Below, in pieces: positions 46,501 through 56,238 of a stretch of 64,000 bases of DNA. Positions within the stretch are counted from its first letter, which is position 1. Each line of letters starts with the position of its first letter. The notes beneath the pieces are model-generated. The model ran no database searches, was not told where the DNA came from, and saw nothing but the letters and a program-made list of their open reading frames with translations. The stretch is from Acidisarcina polymorpha (GTDB taxonomy: Bacteria; Acidobacteriota; Terriglobia; Terriglobales; Acidobacteriaceae): assembly GCF_003330725.1 (NCBI RefSeq), contig NZ_CP030840.1:5820116-5884115 (forward strand). Direction: 5' to 3'. The translations under genes and the position numbers were made by a program.

Positions 46501-47733
46501 CTAACTGACCGTTCGCTTGAGTTGTCCGCACGCGGCAAAGATATCCAATCCTCGAGGCTTGCGCACGAAAGTGGGAATGCCCGAGCGAATCAGCTGCTGT
46601 TGAAAGGCAGCGACGCTGCCGGCCTCTGGCTTATCAAATTCGACCCCCGGTCCGGGATTCCACACGATGAGATTAACCTTGGCCGGGACATTTGCTCGGC
46701 GTAGAAGCCGCGCCACTTCCTCCGCCTGCTCCTGCCGGTCATTAACCCCTCGAAGCAGGACATATTCGAAGGTCAACCGTTCTTTCGACCGGAGGGGCAC
46801 TTGGCGGGCGGCGTCGATCACATCGCCAATGGCCCACTTGCGGGTTACCGGCATAATGCGTTCGCGAACTTCGTCGTTTGGAGCATTCAACGAGATTGCC
46901 AGCTTCGGCCGGATCCGCTCAGCTGCGAAGCGAAGAATCCCTGGAACGATGCCTGAGGTGGAAACCGTCATCCGCGATTCGGCAATTCCGACCTCAGCGA
47001 CCAGCAGCCGCACGGCATCCATGAACGCGTCGTAATTTAGAAATGGCTCGCCCATTCCCATAAAGACCAGATTGATCCGGTCGCGACCGATCTTGACCCC
47101 CTGAAGCTTCAGGACGGCGACCACTTGCCCGGCAATCTCTCCGGCAGAGAGGTTGCGTTGAATCCCCAGCTTTGCAGTGAGGCAGAACTGACAGTTGACC
47201 GCGCAGCCTATCTGGCTGGAGATGCAAATGGTCGCGCGGTGATGCTCCGCTTCGCCAGTGCTTAGCTCTTCCACACCGGCATCGGAACCGTCTCCGGACT
47301 CGCCGTCGTCTCCATCTGGCATCCAAACCGTCTCCACCGTCTTTTCGTCTTCCCCTGCGATCAGGTAGCGCTCGGTTCCATCCTTCGACCGGAAGGTCTG
47401 AACGATCTTTGGCCGGCCTACCTGGTATCCGGCGTCGATGAGGCGCTCCCGTAGCTCTTTCGGCCAGGTGGTGAGCTGGTCCAGATGCTCGATCCAACCC
47501 CGGTAGAGCGCATCAGAAAGCTGCTTTGCCCGATAGGCAGGTGTGGCGAATTTTCCACATATATTCGTAAGTTGCTCAATCGAAAGCCCAAACAGGGAAT
47601 TCACCGCCGGAGCCTGTGGAACGTCTAAAATAGAGAAGCCGCTGTTCCCATCCGGTGCGCCCGCAAGATTGTCCTCGTCCGTTTCAACTTGTAAGCGGTT
47701 TGGCGCTTTGGGTGGCATTCCTTCAGTCTGCAT
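46501..47733 (-). CDS. rlmN: 23S rRNA m2A2503 methyltransferase RlmN (radical SAM)
   Basis: SSQIGCAVNCQFCLTAKLG (CxxxCxxC) and the C-terminal Cys motif GIDIFAACGQL. The start is taken at MQTEG. Confidence 0.85.
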   Translation of the reverse strand: MQTEGMPPKAPNRLQVETDEDNLAGAPDGNSGFSILDVPQAPAVNSLFGLSIEQLTNICGKFATPAYRAKQLSDALYRGWIEHLDQLTTWPKELRERLIDAGYQVGRPKIVQTFRSKDGTERYLIAGEDEKTVETVWMPDGDDGESGDGSDAGVEELSTGEAEHHRATICISSQIGCAVNCQFCLTAKLGIQRNLSAGEIAGQVVAVLKLQGVKIGRDRINLVFMGMGEPFLNYDAFMDAVRLLVAEVGIAESRMTVSTSGIVPGILRFAAERIRPKLAISLNAPNDEVRERIMPVTRKWAIGDVIDAARQVPLRSKERLTFEYVLLRGVNDRQEQAEEVARLLRRANVPAKVNLIVWNPGPGVEFDKPEAGSVAAFQQQLIRSGIPTFVRKPRGLDIFAACGQLKRTVS

Positions 47734-47788
47734 TGTGTCGCTGCTGCTGTACAGGCCCGGCTCGGAACGAGAGGGATTTCGAAAAAAT

Positions 47789-49063
47789 ATGATCAACGAA
47801 CGCAACATACGACGTACTGTTTTGCCGAATGGCTTGACCATTCTGACCGAACGCATGGAGCATGTTCGCTCCGTCGCCATGGGAATGTGGGTCCGTGCTG
47901 GTTCCCGTCACGAATTGCCGGAAGTGAATGGCATCTCCCACTTCGTCGAGCACATGGTTTTCAAAGGGACCAAGTCGAGGAGCGCCCAACACATTGCCCG
48001 CGAAGTCGACGCCATCGGGGGCAATCTGGATGCCTTCACTGGCAAAGAGACCGTCTGCTTTAACATTAAGGTGCTCGACGAGCACGTTCCGCCGGCGCTC
48101 GATGTGCTGTCCGACCTGGTGCTTAACCCGGTTTTCGCGAACGAGGACATCTCTCGCGAACGTGGCGTCATCCTCGAAGAGATCAAGATGGACGAGGACA
48201 ACCCCGACTATCTGGTTCACGAAATTTTCACCCAGAATTTCTGGAAGGACCATCCCTTAGGCAAGCCGATCCTCGGGACCAAGGAGACGGTGCGCCGTTT
48301 TGAGCAGGACACTCTTTTTGACTACTACGGGCAGCGGTTCGTCGGCGGGAACATGATCTTTTCCGCAGCCGGCAACCTCGAACATGACGCCTTCGTCGAG
48401 AAGGTCGTGCGCCGCTTCGAGTCAGTCTTGCCGGGAAACCATGAAGGCGGCGATGCGGCGCCAAAGACGGCGGCCCGGATCAGCCTGCGCAATAAGAAAT
48501 CCTTGGAGCAGGTCCAACTATGCCTTGGCGTTCCGTCGCAGCCGATCGCTCACGAACAACGCTACGTCACCCTGATCCTGAACACTGTGCTCGGCGGCGG
48601 CATGAGCTCCAGGCTTTTTCAGACCGTACGCGAAGAGCGTGGCCTGGCCTATTCGATCTACAGCGACCTGAATCCATATCGGGATACCGGCTCACTGTGC
48701 GTCTATGCGGGAACTTCCTCATCCAAGGCAGTCCAGGTCATCGAGCTCGTCATGACCGAATTCCGCCGTCTCAAAGAAGAGCTGCTGCCTGCCGACGAAC
48801 TGAGGCGCGCAAAGGACCAGCTGAAGGGAAATATTCTGCTGTCGCTCGAAAGCTCCATGTCGCGCATGTCCAATCTGGCGCGCCAGGAGATGTATTTCCA
48901 ATATTTCTTCGGCATGCAGGAGATCCTGGACAAGATCGAAGCAGTCACTGCTGAACAGGTGATGGAAATGGCGCAATCGATCTTCAGGCCGGAAGAGGTG
49001 GCGGTGACATTACTGGGTAGACTCGACGGGTTGAAGCTGACGCGGAGGGAATTAGCCTGCTAA
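47789..49063 (+). CDS. M16-family zinc metallopeptidase (insulinase/PqqL-like)
   Basis: HFVEHMVFKGT (inverted zincin HxxEH) and an ERGVILEE segment. The start is taken at MINERNIRR. Confidence 0.8.
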   Translation: MINERNIRRTVLPNGLTILTERMEHVRSVAMGMWVRAGSRHELPEVNGISHFVEHMVFKGTKSRSAQHIAREVDAIGGNLDAFTGKETVCFNIKVLDEHVPPALDVLSDLVLNPVFANEDISRERGVILEEIKMDEDNPDYLVHEIFTQNFWKDHPLGKPILGTKETVRRFEQDTLFDYYGQRFVGGNMIFSAAGNLEHDAFVEKVVRRFESVLPGNHEGGDAAPKTAARISLRNKKSLEQVQLCLGVPSQPIAHEQRYVTLILNTVLGGGMSSRLFQTVREERGLAYSIYSDLNPYRDTGSLCVYAGTSSSKAVQVIELVMTEFRRLKEELLPADELRRAKDQLKGNILLSLESSMSRMSNLARQEMYFQYFFGMQEILDKIEAVTAEQVMEMAQSIFRPEEVAVTLLGRLDGLKLTRRELAC

Positions 49064-49088
49064 GCGAGCAGCGGCTGGCGCTGCTCGC
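49064..49088 (+). terminator. Intrinsic terminator candidate after the M16 peptidase gene
   Basis: A 10-bp GC-rich stem, GCGAGCAGCG-gctgg-CGCTGCTCGC, followed by TTGCAGATCTTTAT. Confidence 0.4.
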
Positions 49089-49264
49089 TTGCAGATCTTT
49101 ATCCGTCGCGAAGGGTGCCGGAAGACGCGCTAAGGCCGAATTTCGGACCACCCGGGTTCGTCGGCAGCTTTCCATCGGGTTGCTTGCTGAGCGTTCGCTT
49201 TCCCCTTTGCGTCTACATCAATTAGGATTGCCCTCGGAAAGCTTTCTAACAGGACACTGCACCC

Positions 49265-49804
49265 ATGAAGCGTAGCCTTTTGAAGATTTGCATGACCCGC
49301 TCCGCCGAGCGCCGCCGCCAGCACGAAGGCGGCTTCACATTAATGGAATTGCTGATCGTTATTTCGATCATGCTGATCCTCATGCTTATAGCGATTCCCA
49401 ATTTCTCCAGTATGAAGAGCCAGGCCAATGAGACGTCTGCCATCCAGTCGCTCCGCGCCATTTATCAGTCGCAAATTCAATATCAAACCAACTATCCCGC
49501 GCAAGGTTTTGCCTGTGCTTTGAGTACGTTAGGCGGGGCAGCCTCTTCCGGAGCGCCAAGTCCGCAAAGCGCTCAGGTGTTGCAAAGCGATCTTGCCAGC
49601 GGGCAAAAGAGCGGCTACACCTTCAGCATCGGAAATTGCACCAAGGTCAACGTAAACAATCAGGATATGTACACCAGCTACGAAGCGTTCGCTGTACCGC
49701 AAGCGATCGGCAAGACGGGCCATCGTGGATTTTGCATCGACCAGCAGGGTGAGATCAAGGCTGACCCGGCCGGCGGCACGAACTGTACCCAGCCCTTGCA
49801 GTGA
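49265..49804 (+). CDS. Type IV pilin / pseudopilin with prepilin-type N-terminal methylation domain
   Basis: GFTLMELLIVISIM class-III signal and cleavage motif. A Cys pair lies in the C-terminal region. Confidence 0.7.
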   Translation: MKRSLLKICMTRSAERRRQHEGGFTLMELLIVISIMLILMLIAIPNFSSMKSQANETSAIQSLRAIYQSQIQYQTNYPAQGFACALSTLGGAASSGAPSPQSAQVLQSDLASGQKSGYTFSIGNCTKVNVNNQDMYTSYEAFAVPQAIGKTGHRGFCIDQQGEIKADPAGGTNCTQPLQ

Positions 49805-49836
49805 GGGATTCGTTGCCGGGTTTTCGTCTTGCGCGG

Positions 49837-50595
49837 ATGCGGCTGCTCCAATCCGTCGGCAAGTTCAAGACGGGCAACTTGGGCGGTGATAGCGCACCTT
49901 CCGTCCGCTACTGCGCTTTAGGATTCGAAGCCAGGCGATCCATTGGGCTTCTTCTGCTCTGCGCCGCCCTTGCTCTTTCTCGGCAGTCCTGGTCTGAAGA
50001 ACACCAACCCCTCGAACTCAGCGCCTCAGTTCTTGCAGCGCGGGTTGATCATCACTACAACGCCCTTCACTCCCTTCGGGTCAACTTTTCACAAGAGTAT
50101 GACGGCATGGGCCAGCACCGGCGGGAGAGCGGGATGCTCCTGCTCAAGAAACCCGGACGCATGAAGTGGAGCTATGCGCACCCCCCCGGCAAGCTGTTTG
50201 TCCTCGACGGCAAGGACGCTTATTTTTATTCGCCGGGACAGTCGGAGGTACAACGAGTCTCGGCGAAGAAGCTCGACGACTTGCGCTCTCCGCTGCGCTT
50301 TCTTCTCGGTCATGCCGAATTGGCCAAGGAGCTTCAGGATCTTCGGATCACGCATCACGATGAAGCTTATGAACTCACCGGCGTTCCCAGGAACATGGAG
50401 CAACGAGTCTCTTCGCTGCAATTTACTTTGGCGGAGGATGGGACCATCCAGGGAATCAAGATCGAGGAGATGGACGGATCCACGTCGACATTCTCTTTCA
50501 GCGATGAACAAGCGAACCCCGCCGCGACCGATGCCGATTTCAGCTTCCATGCTCCTCAGGGAACGGTGATCGTCGAGGGGCTGCCTCCGTCCTGA
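49837..50595 (+). CDS. lolA: Outer-membrane lipoprotein carrier LolA
   Basis: Signal peptide. LolA-like pattern (…FSQEYDGMGQ…GKDAYFYSPG…). The start is uncertain (49801 or 49837). Confidence 0.65.
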   Translation: MRLLQSVGKFKTGNLGGDSAPSVRYCALGFEARRSIGLLLLCAALALSRQSWSEEHQPLELSASVLAARVDHHYNALHSLRVNFSQEYDGMGQHRRESGMLLLKKPGRMKWSYAHPPGKLFVLDGKDAYFYSPGQSEVQRVSAKKLDDLRSPLRFLLGHAELAKELQDLRITHHDEAYELTGVPRNMEQRVSSLQFTLAEDGTIQGIKIEEMDGSTSTFSFSDEQANPAATDADFSFHAPQGTVIVEGLPPS

Positions 50596-51419
50596 GGGCG
50601 ACCGCCGCGGCTGCCACTGCAAACGCGTTGAAAACCGCTCCGTAGCTCTGCCTGCAGCGGGACCTTGGTGGATAATTCCGCCTCTGGAAACCAGAGCGTA
50701 AAGTCCAAGCAGGCCGGGATGCGTCCGCCGCGATAATCCTGTCCCTCGACTCTGAGACAACCATGGGTCTGTTCCTCGATTTCCGATCTAGTCCGGAGCA
50801 ACTAGCTATTACGGAAACTCACAGCTCAAGGGCCAGCGAAGTCACACCACTTGCAAAAATGATTCGGTCCTCAGTGACTTTGCGTTCTCCGCGATGTCAG
50901 CCCCCGAAGTGGAGCCCAGATTTTACGCTCAGGCGGCGGAGAGTGGATATCAGCATATCTGTTGCTTGGCGCAACCAAAGGTTTGAATGGCGTCAGTCGC
51001 TCGCCAAAAAGCGCATTTCCGATTACCGCCTCGCGAGCCTACCCAAATACTTCGAAGCGCACCTTTCTGAACTTCTGGACCTCAACGCGATGTCGAAGAT
51101 GTGGGACGGTTTCGATCGAAGAGCTTGGTAATTTTCGCTGCGGTCGGCAGCATGTCGCCAAGGCTACCGCATCATCTTGAGCGCTTCCACCGACCGGGTC
51201 AACGCGGCAACGTCAGCATCCTCAAGCACGGTCCGATCGGTGCAACGTCGACTTGCTATAAGTAGCTGGATATTGTCCGAATCTTGCGATTACGTGGACG
51301 GGAGACAAGTTCGTGACAACTGATCAACAAGCTGTAGTTATGTTCGCTTTGCTGTTCTGTTTTGCTCTCAGTCTACCTAAAACCGATCACCGATTCCATA
51401 CACCCAATGGAGAGTCAAT

Positions 51420-52304
51420 ATGTTGAAGAGGTTCGCGAGAAGTACAGCCATCGTCGGAGCACTACTTGTCGCAGGTGCAGCAGCACAGGCGCAAAAGTAT
51501 TCGTTTAACTACTTTCGTGATCCGTCCCCCAATGCGCCTGTCATATCAGGAACAGATTTATCACCCACTGGAGAACTAGTGGGATGGTATACCACGACCA
51601 CAGCTGCCTGGGGATTTTCCGAGGTCGGTGGCAAGTACACTACAATCGCGCTGCCGCAGCAAGGCTCGGCTTCGCCATACACAGTAATAAACTCAATCAA
51701 TGGCCAAGGTAAGTTGGTCGGAGTCGGCAGACTGCCGGAAGGCTACGTCGATGGCTTTCTTTTGACGAGCTCCGGCGAGCTAACCACAATTGCGGTTCCA
51801 TTCCCCAATACACTGACAACTCCGCTAAGTATCAACTCTTCAGGGACTATCGTTGGAAATTACACGACGGAGAGTGGGGCACTAAACGGGTTCGTGCTTG
51901 AAGATGGGACCTATAAGGCCTACCAGGTCCCTGGCAGCTATAGCACAACAATTAATGACATCAATGATAACGGCGTCATTGTGGGCAGTTACACAACAAG
52001 CCGCGGCGGAACTTCCATAGGTTTCATGCTCAAGGATGGCACGCTTACTAAGCTGACCTTTCCAGGGGCAATTAACACTGTGCCCAACTCCATCAACGCC
52101 GACGGCCACATCGTGGGGCACTATGACACTAGCAATGCCGAACTTCCCTTCTATTTTGACGGCACTACGTACACTCAGATTGCCGTTCCTGGACAATATG
52201 CGTGCAATTTCACCCACATAAAGAACTCCGGCTACGTTGTAGGTACCTGTAGTAATAGCTCCACTTACGCAACAGAGGCCGTTGTTGGAACACCCACGTT
52301 GTAG
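51420..52304 (+). CDS. Secreted HAF-type extracellular repeat protein
   Basis: Signal peptide MLKRFARSTAIVGALLVAGAAAQA. About six copies of a ~43-aa repeat (IN-x-x-G-x-IVG-x-Y...G...GF-[LMV]-L-x-DGT-x-T), analogous to the TIGR02913 HAF repeat. It is the first gene of the lower-GC segment. Confidence 0.7.
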   Translation: MLKRFARSTAIVGALLVAGAAAQAQKYSFNYFRDPSPNAPVISGTDLSPTGELVGWYTTTTAAWGFSEVGGKYTTIALPQQGSASPYTVINSINGQGKLVGVGRLPEGYVDGFLLTSSGELTTIAVPFPNTLTTPLSINSSGTIVGNYTTESGALNGFVLEDGTYKAYQVPGSYSTTINDINDNGVIVGSYTTSRGGTSIGFMLKDGTLTKLTFPGAINTVPNSINADGHIVGHYDTSNAELPFYFDGTTYTQIAVPGQYACNFTHIKNSGYVVGTCSNSSTYATEAVVGTPTL

Positions 52305-52929
52305 CGCATCGATCGGAAGGAGTCGCTCTGCGAATAACTGGTAGTGGGTCATTGTGAATAAACAGGTGGTTGTGTGTCAACTTCCGTACCGAAATCATCC
52401 TGGATTAGTGGAGGATGCCATCCCTTCAGATGGCTTCCTCCCTGTCCTAGAGTACGGGCGCGCACTCAACACCTCAATCCGCTTCCGATCGCGTTCTCTC
52501 ATCGATGTCCAGCCCCTCCCTAAACCTGGCAAAGCAAACGAGCCAAACCACGGCTACTACTGGAAGCTAACTGACGTGTTAGCTTTGCAACGCCGACCAC
52601 GTTTCACACTTTGCAGCAACACCGCGTGTGGCGAATCGAAAGAACAGTCATCGGGGCAAAGCCATAGTCCGTCGCCTGATTGCAAGCAACGCTTTTGGTT
52701 GAAGCAATCGATCTGCTTCGAGCCATAATAGATGAGAATTGCCGCACCTGCTTCCCTCCGGAATTTATTTTGTCACCACGGTGGAATATCTGACCACAGA
52801 GAGCGTTGGTTGGTTGTAGCCCCTCCGGAGATCCGGGACTTGTTGCAACAAACGAATAAGTTGACAACTGTCGTACTTTCCAGACGCTCCAATCGTCTAC
52901 AGGAGGAGCTAACAATTGGAGATAATGCG

Positions 52930-54123
52930 TTGAACCTACATCGTTACCCAAGCACCACGCCTAGGTTCCACTCGCTCGATAGTCTTCGTGCGGGGATGAT
53001 GTTCCTCGGCATCGTATTACATGGAGTCCTGCCGTACACTGGAATTCGCATGTGGCCGGTGAACGACCCGACTACGCATCCTATATTTTGGGATGCCATC
53101 GTCTTTGCTATACATGTTTTTCGGATGCTTCTATTCTTTGTTTTGGCAGGTTTCTTCGCACACCTCCTCTACGAACGTCTAGGAGCGGCGGGTTTCCTTT
53201 ATCACCGCACCAAGAGGATCCTGCTGCCTTTTGCCATCGGATGGCTGGCGCTCTACCTGCCGACTATCATTGGCGTCCAGTATGGGATCCACGTGCGTGA
53301 TCCGCACCCCTGGGTAGAGGTATCGCATTATTTCAGCTCTGGGTTATTTCTGTCCCAGTCCTACACAATGCACCTGTGGTTTCTCTATTACTTGTACTGT
53401 TCTTACCTTCTCTGCCTCGCTATTTTGATTCTCACGCCGTCTCAGCTCAGAACCCGGCTGCAACAACCAATCACGATGAGCTTCCGGGCAGTAACAAATT
53501 CGCGATGGCGAGCATTCATTTTAGCCGTGCCTACCTGTGCACTTCTATATGTCTCGCCCATCGCATCTTTCGGAGCTCCCGAGGGCTGGTTGCCGACGAT
53601 CATAGATCTTGCCACCTATGGATATTTTTTCGCGTTCGGTTGGTACTTATTTGCCGAGATCGATTTATTATTACGGTTACAGCAGCATGCCGTAACTCAC
53701 CTAACGATCGCGTTCGTGTTGGGCCCGATAGCATTTAGATTGCACGGCTTGCTCCGGCACGAGCCTCGAGTTCACATTCCCCTGATCGCCATGACCGCGA
53801 TTATTTGTTGGTGCTTAATCATCGGGCTTATTGGTATAGGGAACCGCTATTGGAACGGCGGCAGCCCTCATGTGCGCTATTTCGCCGACGCCTCCTACTG
53901 GGTATATCTGGTCCACTACCCTCTCGTGATCTGGCTGCAGATAGCTTTGTTATTCTTCCATATGCCTGTGATACTAAAGTTTATTTTAGTCATCTCGGCC
54001 ACCACCGTGCTCAGCCTGGCAAGTTATCATCTCTTTGTGCGCTATACGCTCATAGGTAAGCTGTTGAATGGCACCCGACATCGCACCACTGGCGCGACGG
54101 TCGAATGTCCCACCGTAACTTAG
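52930..54123 (+). CDS. Acyltransferase-3 (AT3) family integral-membrane O-acyltransferase
   Basis: N-terminal LDSLRAGMMFLGIVLHG (the AT3 R/H motif) and ~10 TM helices. The start is taken at TTG 52930, with GGAG 8 nt upstream. Confidence 0.7.
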   Translation: MNLHRYPSTTPRFHSLDSLRAGMMFLGIVLHGVLPYTGIRMWPVNDPTTHPIFWDAIVFAIHVFRMLLFFVLAGFFAHLLYERLGAAGFLYHRTKRILLPFAIGWLALYLPTIIGVQYGIHVRDPHPWVEVSHYFSSGLFLSQSYTMHLWFLYYLYCSYLLCLAILILTPSQLRTRLQQPITMSFRAVTNSRWRAFILAVPTCALLYVSPIASFGAPEGWLPTIIDLATYGYFFAFGWYLFAEIDLLLRLQQHAVTHLTIAFVLGPIAFRLHGLLRHEPRVHIPLIAMTAIICWCLIIGLIGIGNRYWNGGSPHVRYFADASYWVYLVHYPLVIWLQIALLFFHMPVILKFILVISATTVLSLASYHLFVRYTLIGKLLNGTRHRTTGATVECPTVT

Positions 54124-54287
54124 CTACATAGACACGAGACTTGGCTGCGTCGCCTTCCAGACGTGCTCGCGACAAAGCTGGAAGCCGACGCAGCATAGAC
54201 ACCTGGCGCGCTGAGCCAGGTTTAGAGATGTGCTGAGGCGCGATACATCTCATTCACCGATCGTCTTTTGGTGAATACTCGTGCCTG

Positions 54288-55547
54288 CTAACGCTGCATT
54301 ACATCATGTAGATGTCTCGCTGCGCGTTGAGCTCCATTCTGCCATGCAATCTTCTCTTGCATTCTTCGAGCCGCATTCCTATAAGATGGATCGCCCAACA
54401 CTTCCTCTATCATTGCGGCAAGTACATCTCGATCAGGTGTCTGAGTATTTAGAAATCTGCCCACTCCGAAGTGGGCGACTCTTGCCGCCACCCCCGGCTG
54501 ATCAAAGCCAATAGGAAGGACAACGAGAGGCACCCCGTGGTAGAGGGATTCCAGTACTGTGTTCAGGCCCCCGTGGGTGATACATAGATCAGCTAGTTTG
54601 AGGAGATCTATTTGCGGTGCATACGATACGGTGATCGTGTTTTCCGCCAGCTCTCCGAGATCATCCGGCTGAAGATATGGTCCCGTAGAAACGACTACTT
54701 GCCTGCCCTTTGCTTGAGCAGCTTGTACCACGAGCCGTAGCCGTTCCGCTGAACCATTCAGCATAGTTCCCATCGTTACGTAAATGAATGGATCGCCCGT
54801 GAGCCTTTCCCAAGGGAATTCAGTCGTGGTACTGACCTCAGGTGGGCTGATGAGCCCCGCATGGAATAGTTGCTCGGGCCAAAGCGGGCTGGCGAAATCG
54901 AATTCTTTAGGTACTTGAGTAATCCATGCCTGTTTCGAAAGAAACGGATAGGCCGTGGAGAGATCGGGCGTTATGCCCCTTTCGCTAAGGTATTTAAGAG
55001 CTGCAGCTCGACCAGGGCCGGCAAGTTGCAGGAGCGACCGAACACCTGCTTTGTTCCTTGCAATCGCTTCCATGCTAGCGTCCGGTCCCCAATCGAAGTA
55101 ACAAGGGGGGGTTCCTCCACTGTAGTCTTCATGAACCTGAGCAGAGAGGTGGGCAAATGGAATACCTAGATTCATCGCAACCATTTCAAATCCTCGGGCA
55201 CAGGAGTCGAGAATTAGCGCGTCGGCCCTGCTTACTCGAACAGCTCTTTCCCCGTCCTTGAGAACCCCAATGCCTACATCACACGCGACGGACGCTGCCT
55301 CACGAACGACATCTAAACCAAACATCGTGCGGATAGGGTGATAGCGTCGCTCGACTTCGCCGTGTGGAAAGTCCTGGATACACGCCGATACAAACTCGAT
55401 TCCGGCCGCGCGAAACCATGGTTCCTGGTCTTCTAAACCGATTGCGCATACTGTATGACCAAGCGAGTCGAGCTCCCTGGCGAGTCCAGACATCACTCTC
55501 ATATGACTTGATGCGGGTACTGTATAGACGGCGAATCTCATTGTCAA
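54288..55547 (-). CDS. GT1-family UDP-glycosyltransferase (CrtX/MGT-like), paralog 1
   Basis: CITHGGLNTVLESLYHGVPLVVLPIGFDQPGVAARV matches the C-terminal donor-binding block of the zeaxanthin-glucosyltransferase/MGT subfamily. Confidence 0.8.
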   Translation of the reverse strand: MTMRFAVYTVPASSHMRVMSGLARELDSLGHTVCAIGLEDQEPWFRAAGIEFVSACIQDFPHGEVERRYHPIRTMFGLDVVREAASVACDVGIGVLKDGERAVRVSRADALILDSCARGFEMVAMNLGIPFAHLSAQVHEDYSGGTPPCYFDWGPDASMEAIARNKAGVRSLLQLAGPGRAAALKYLSERGITPDLSTAYPFLSKQAWITQVPKEFDFASPLWPEQLFHAGLISPPEVSTTTEFPWERLTGDPFIYVTMGTMLNGSAERLRLVVQAAQAKGRQVVVSTGPYLQPDDLGELAENTITVSYAPQIDLLKLADLCITHGGLNTVLESLYHGVPLVVLPIGFDQPGVAARVAHFGVGRFLNTQTPDRDVLAAMIEEVLGDPSYRNAARRMQEKIAWQNGAQRAARHLHDVMQR

Positions 55548-55590
55548 TAATCCTTGATGCTGCTACTAGAAGTGGAGTGGCGAACGTCGG

Positions 55591-56211
55591 TCACGACAGG
55601 TTAGCCGATGATTCACTCTGATGGTGTTCAGGGCCGAGCGATAATGGCGCGCGGTATAAGCTAAGGTCTATAAAGTAGGAGTGATACTTGCCCTGCTCCA
55701 TGGAAAACTGAGCCGCTGGATGCGTATCAACTCCCCGTGCGGCAGTTATCGACGGAACGTTATTGGCAGCAATAAAGCTGATTGCAAACGCAAACTCACG
55801 AGAGGCAGCGCGACACGCGACTGCATGCAGTCTCTGAAAGACATTCTTGCCGCGTGCCTTGCCCGAGAGGCACACTGGTCCAAATAGACACGTCTCCAGG
55901 CCGGGATCTACGATACCGTTATCTTCGAAGCTTCTATGGAGGGAGGAGAGTAACGCGTTGATGATAGAGTTGCCCATCCAATGACGCGTGCGAGAGACGC
56001 AAAAATAGCCCAGCAAGTCGGTATCTTCACAGGCGATCACGATCCCCAGATCGTTTGCGTAAGTGTCTATGTCTTGGAGCGTCATCTCGACGGAGAGGAA
56101 TCCTTTTCGCCGCTCTGATTCGGATAGATTGTTTATATAGCGGGTTCGCTGCAAAGCGATGATGGAGCTGTAATCTTTGGGAGTAGCGAATCGGAGTGAA
56201 AGTCTAGTCAT
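55591..56211 (-). CDS. Putative GNAT-fold acyl-CoA N-acyltransferase
   Basis: CLSGKARGKNVFQRL resembles GNAT motif A. Sits between two GT1 paralogs. The match is weak. Confidence 0.45.
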   Translation of the reverse strand: MTRLSLRFATPKDYSSIIALQRTRYINNLSESERRKGFLSVEMTLQDIDTYANDLGIVIACEDTDLLGYFCVSRTRHWMGNSIINALLSSLHRSFEDNGIVDPGLETCLFGPVCLSGKARGKNVFQRLHAVACRAASREFAFAISFIAANNVPSITAARGVDTHPAAQFSMEQGKYHSYFIDLSLYRAPLSLGPEHHQSESSANLS

Positions 56212-56238
56212 TGTTCAGATTCCTTTTGAATCGGTGCA

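Noticed and set aside
47543-49063. M16 peptidase start at 47543 and rlmN start at 47880
   Set aside because: The long N-terminal extensions overlap each other divergently and lack homology to their families. Internal Mets (47789; 47733) give canonical N-termini.
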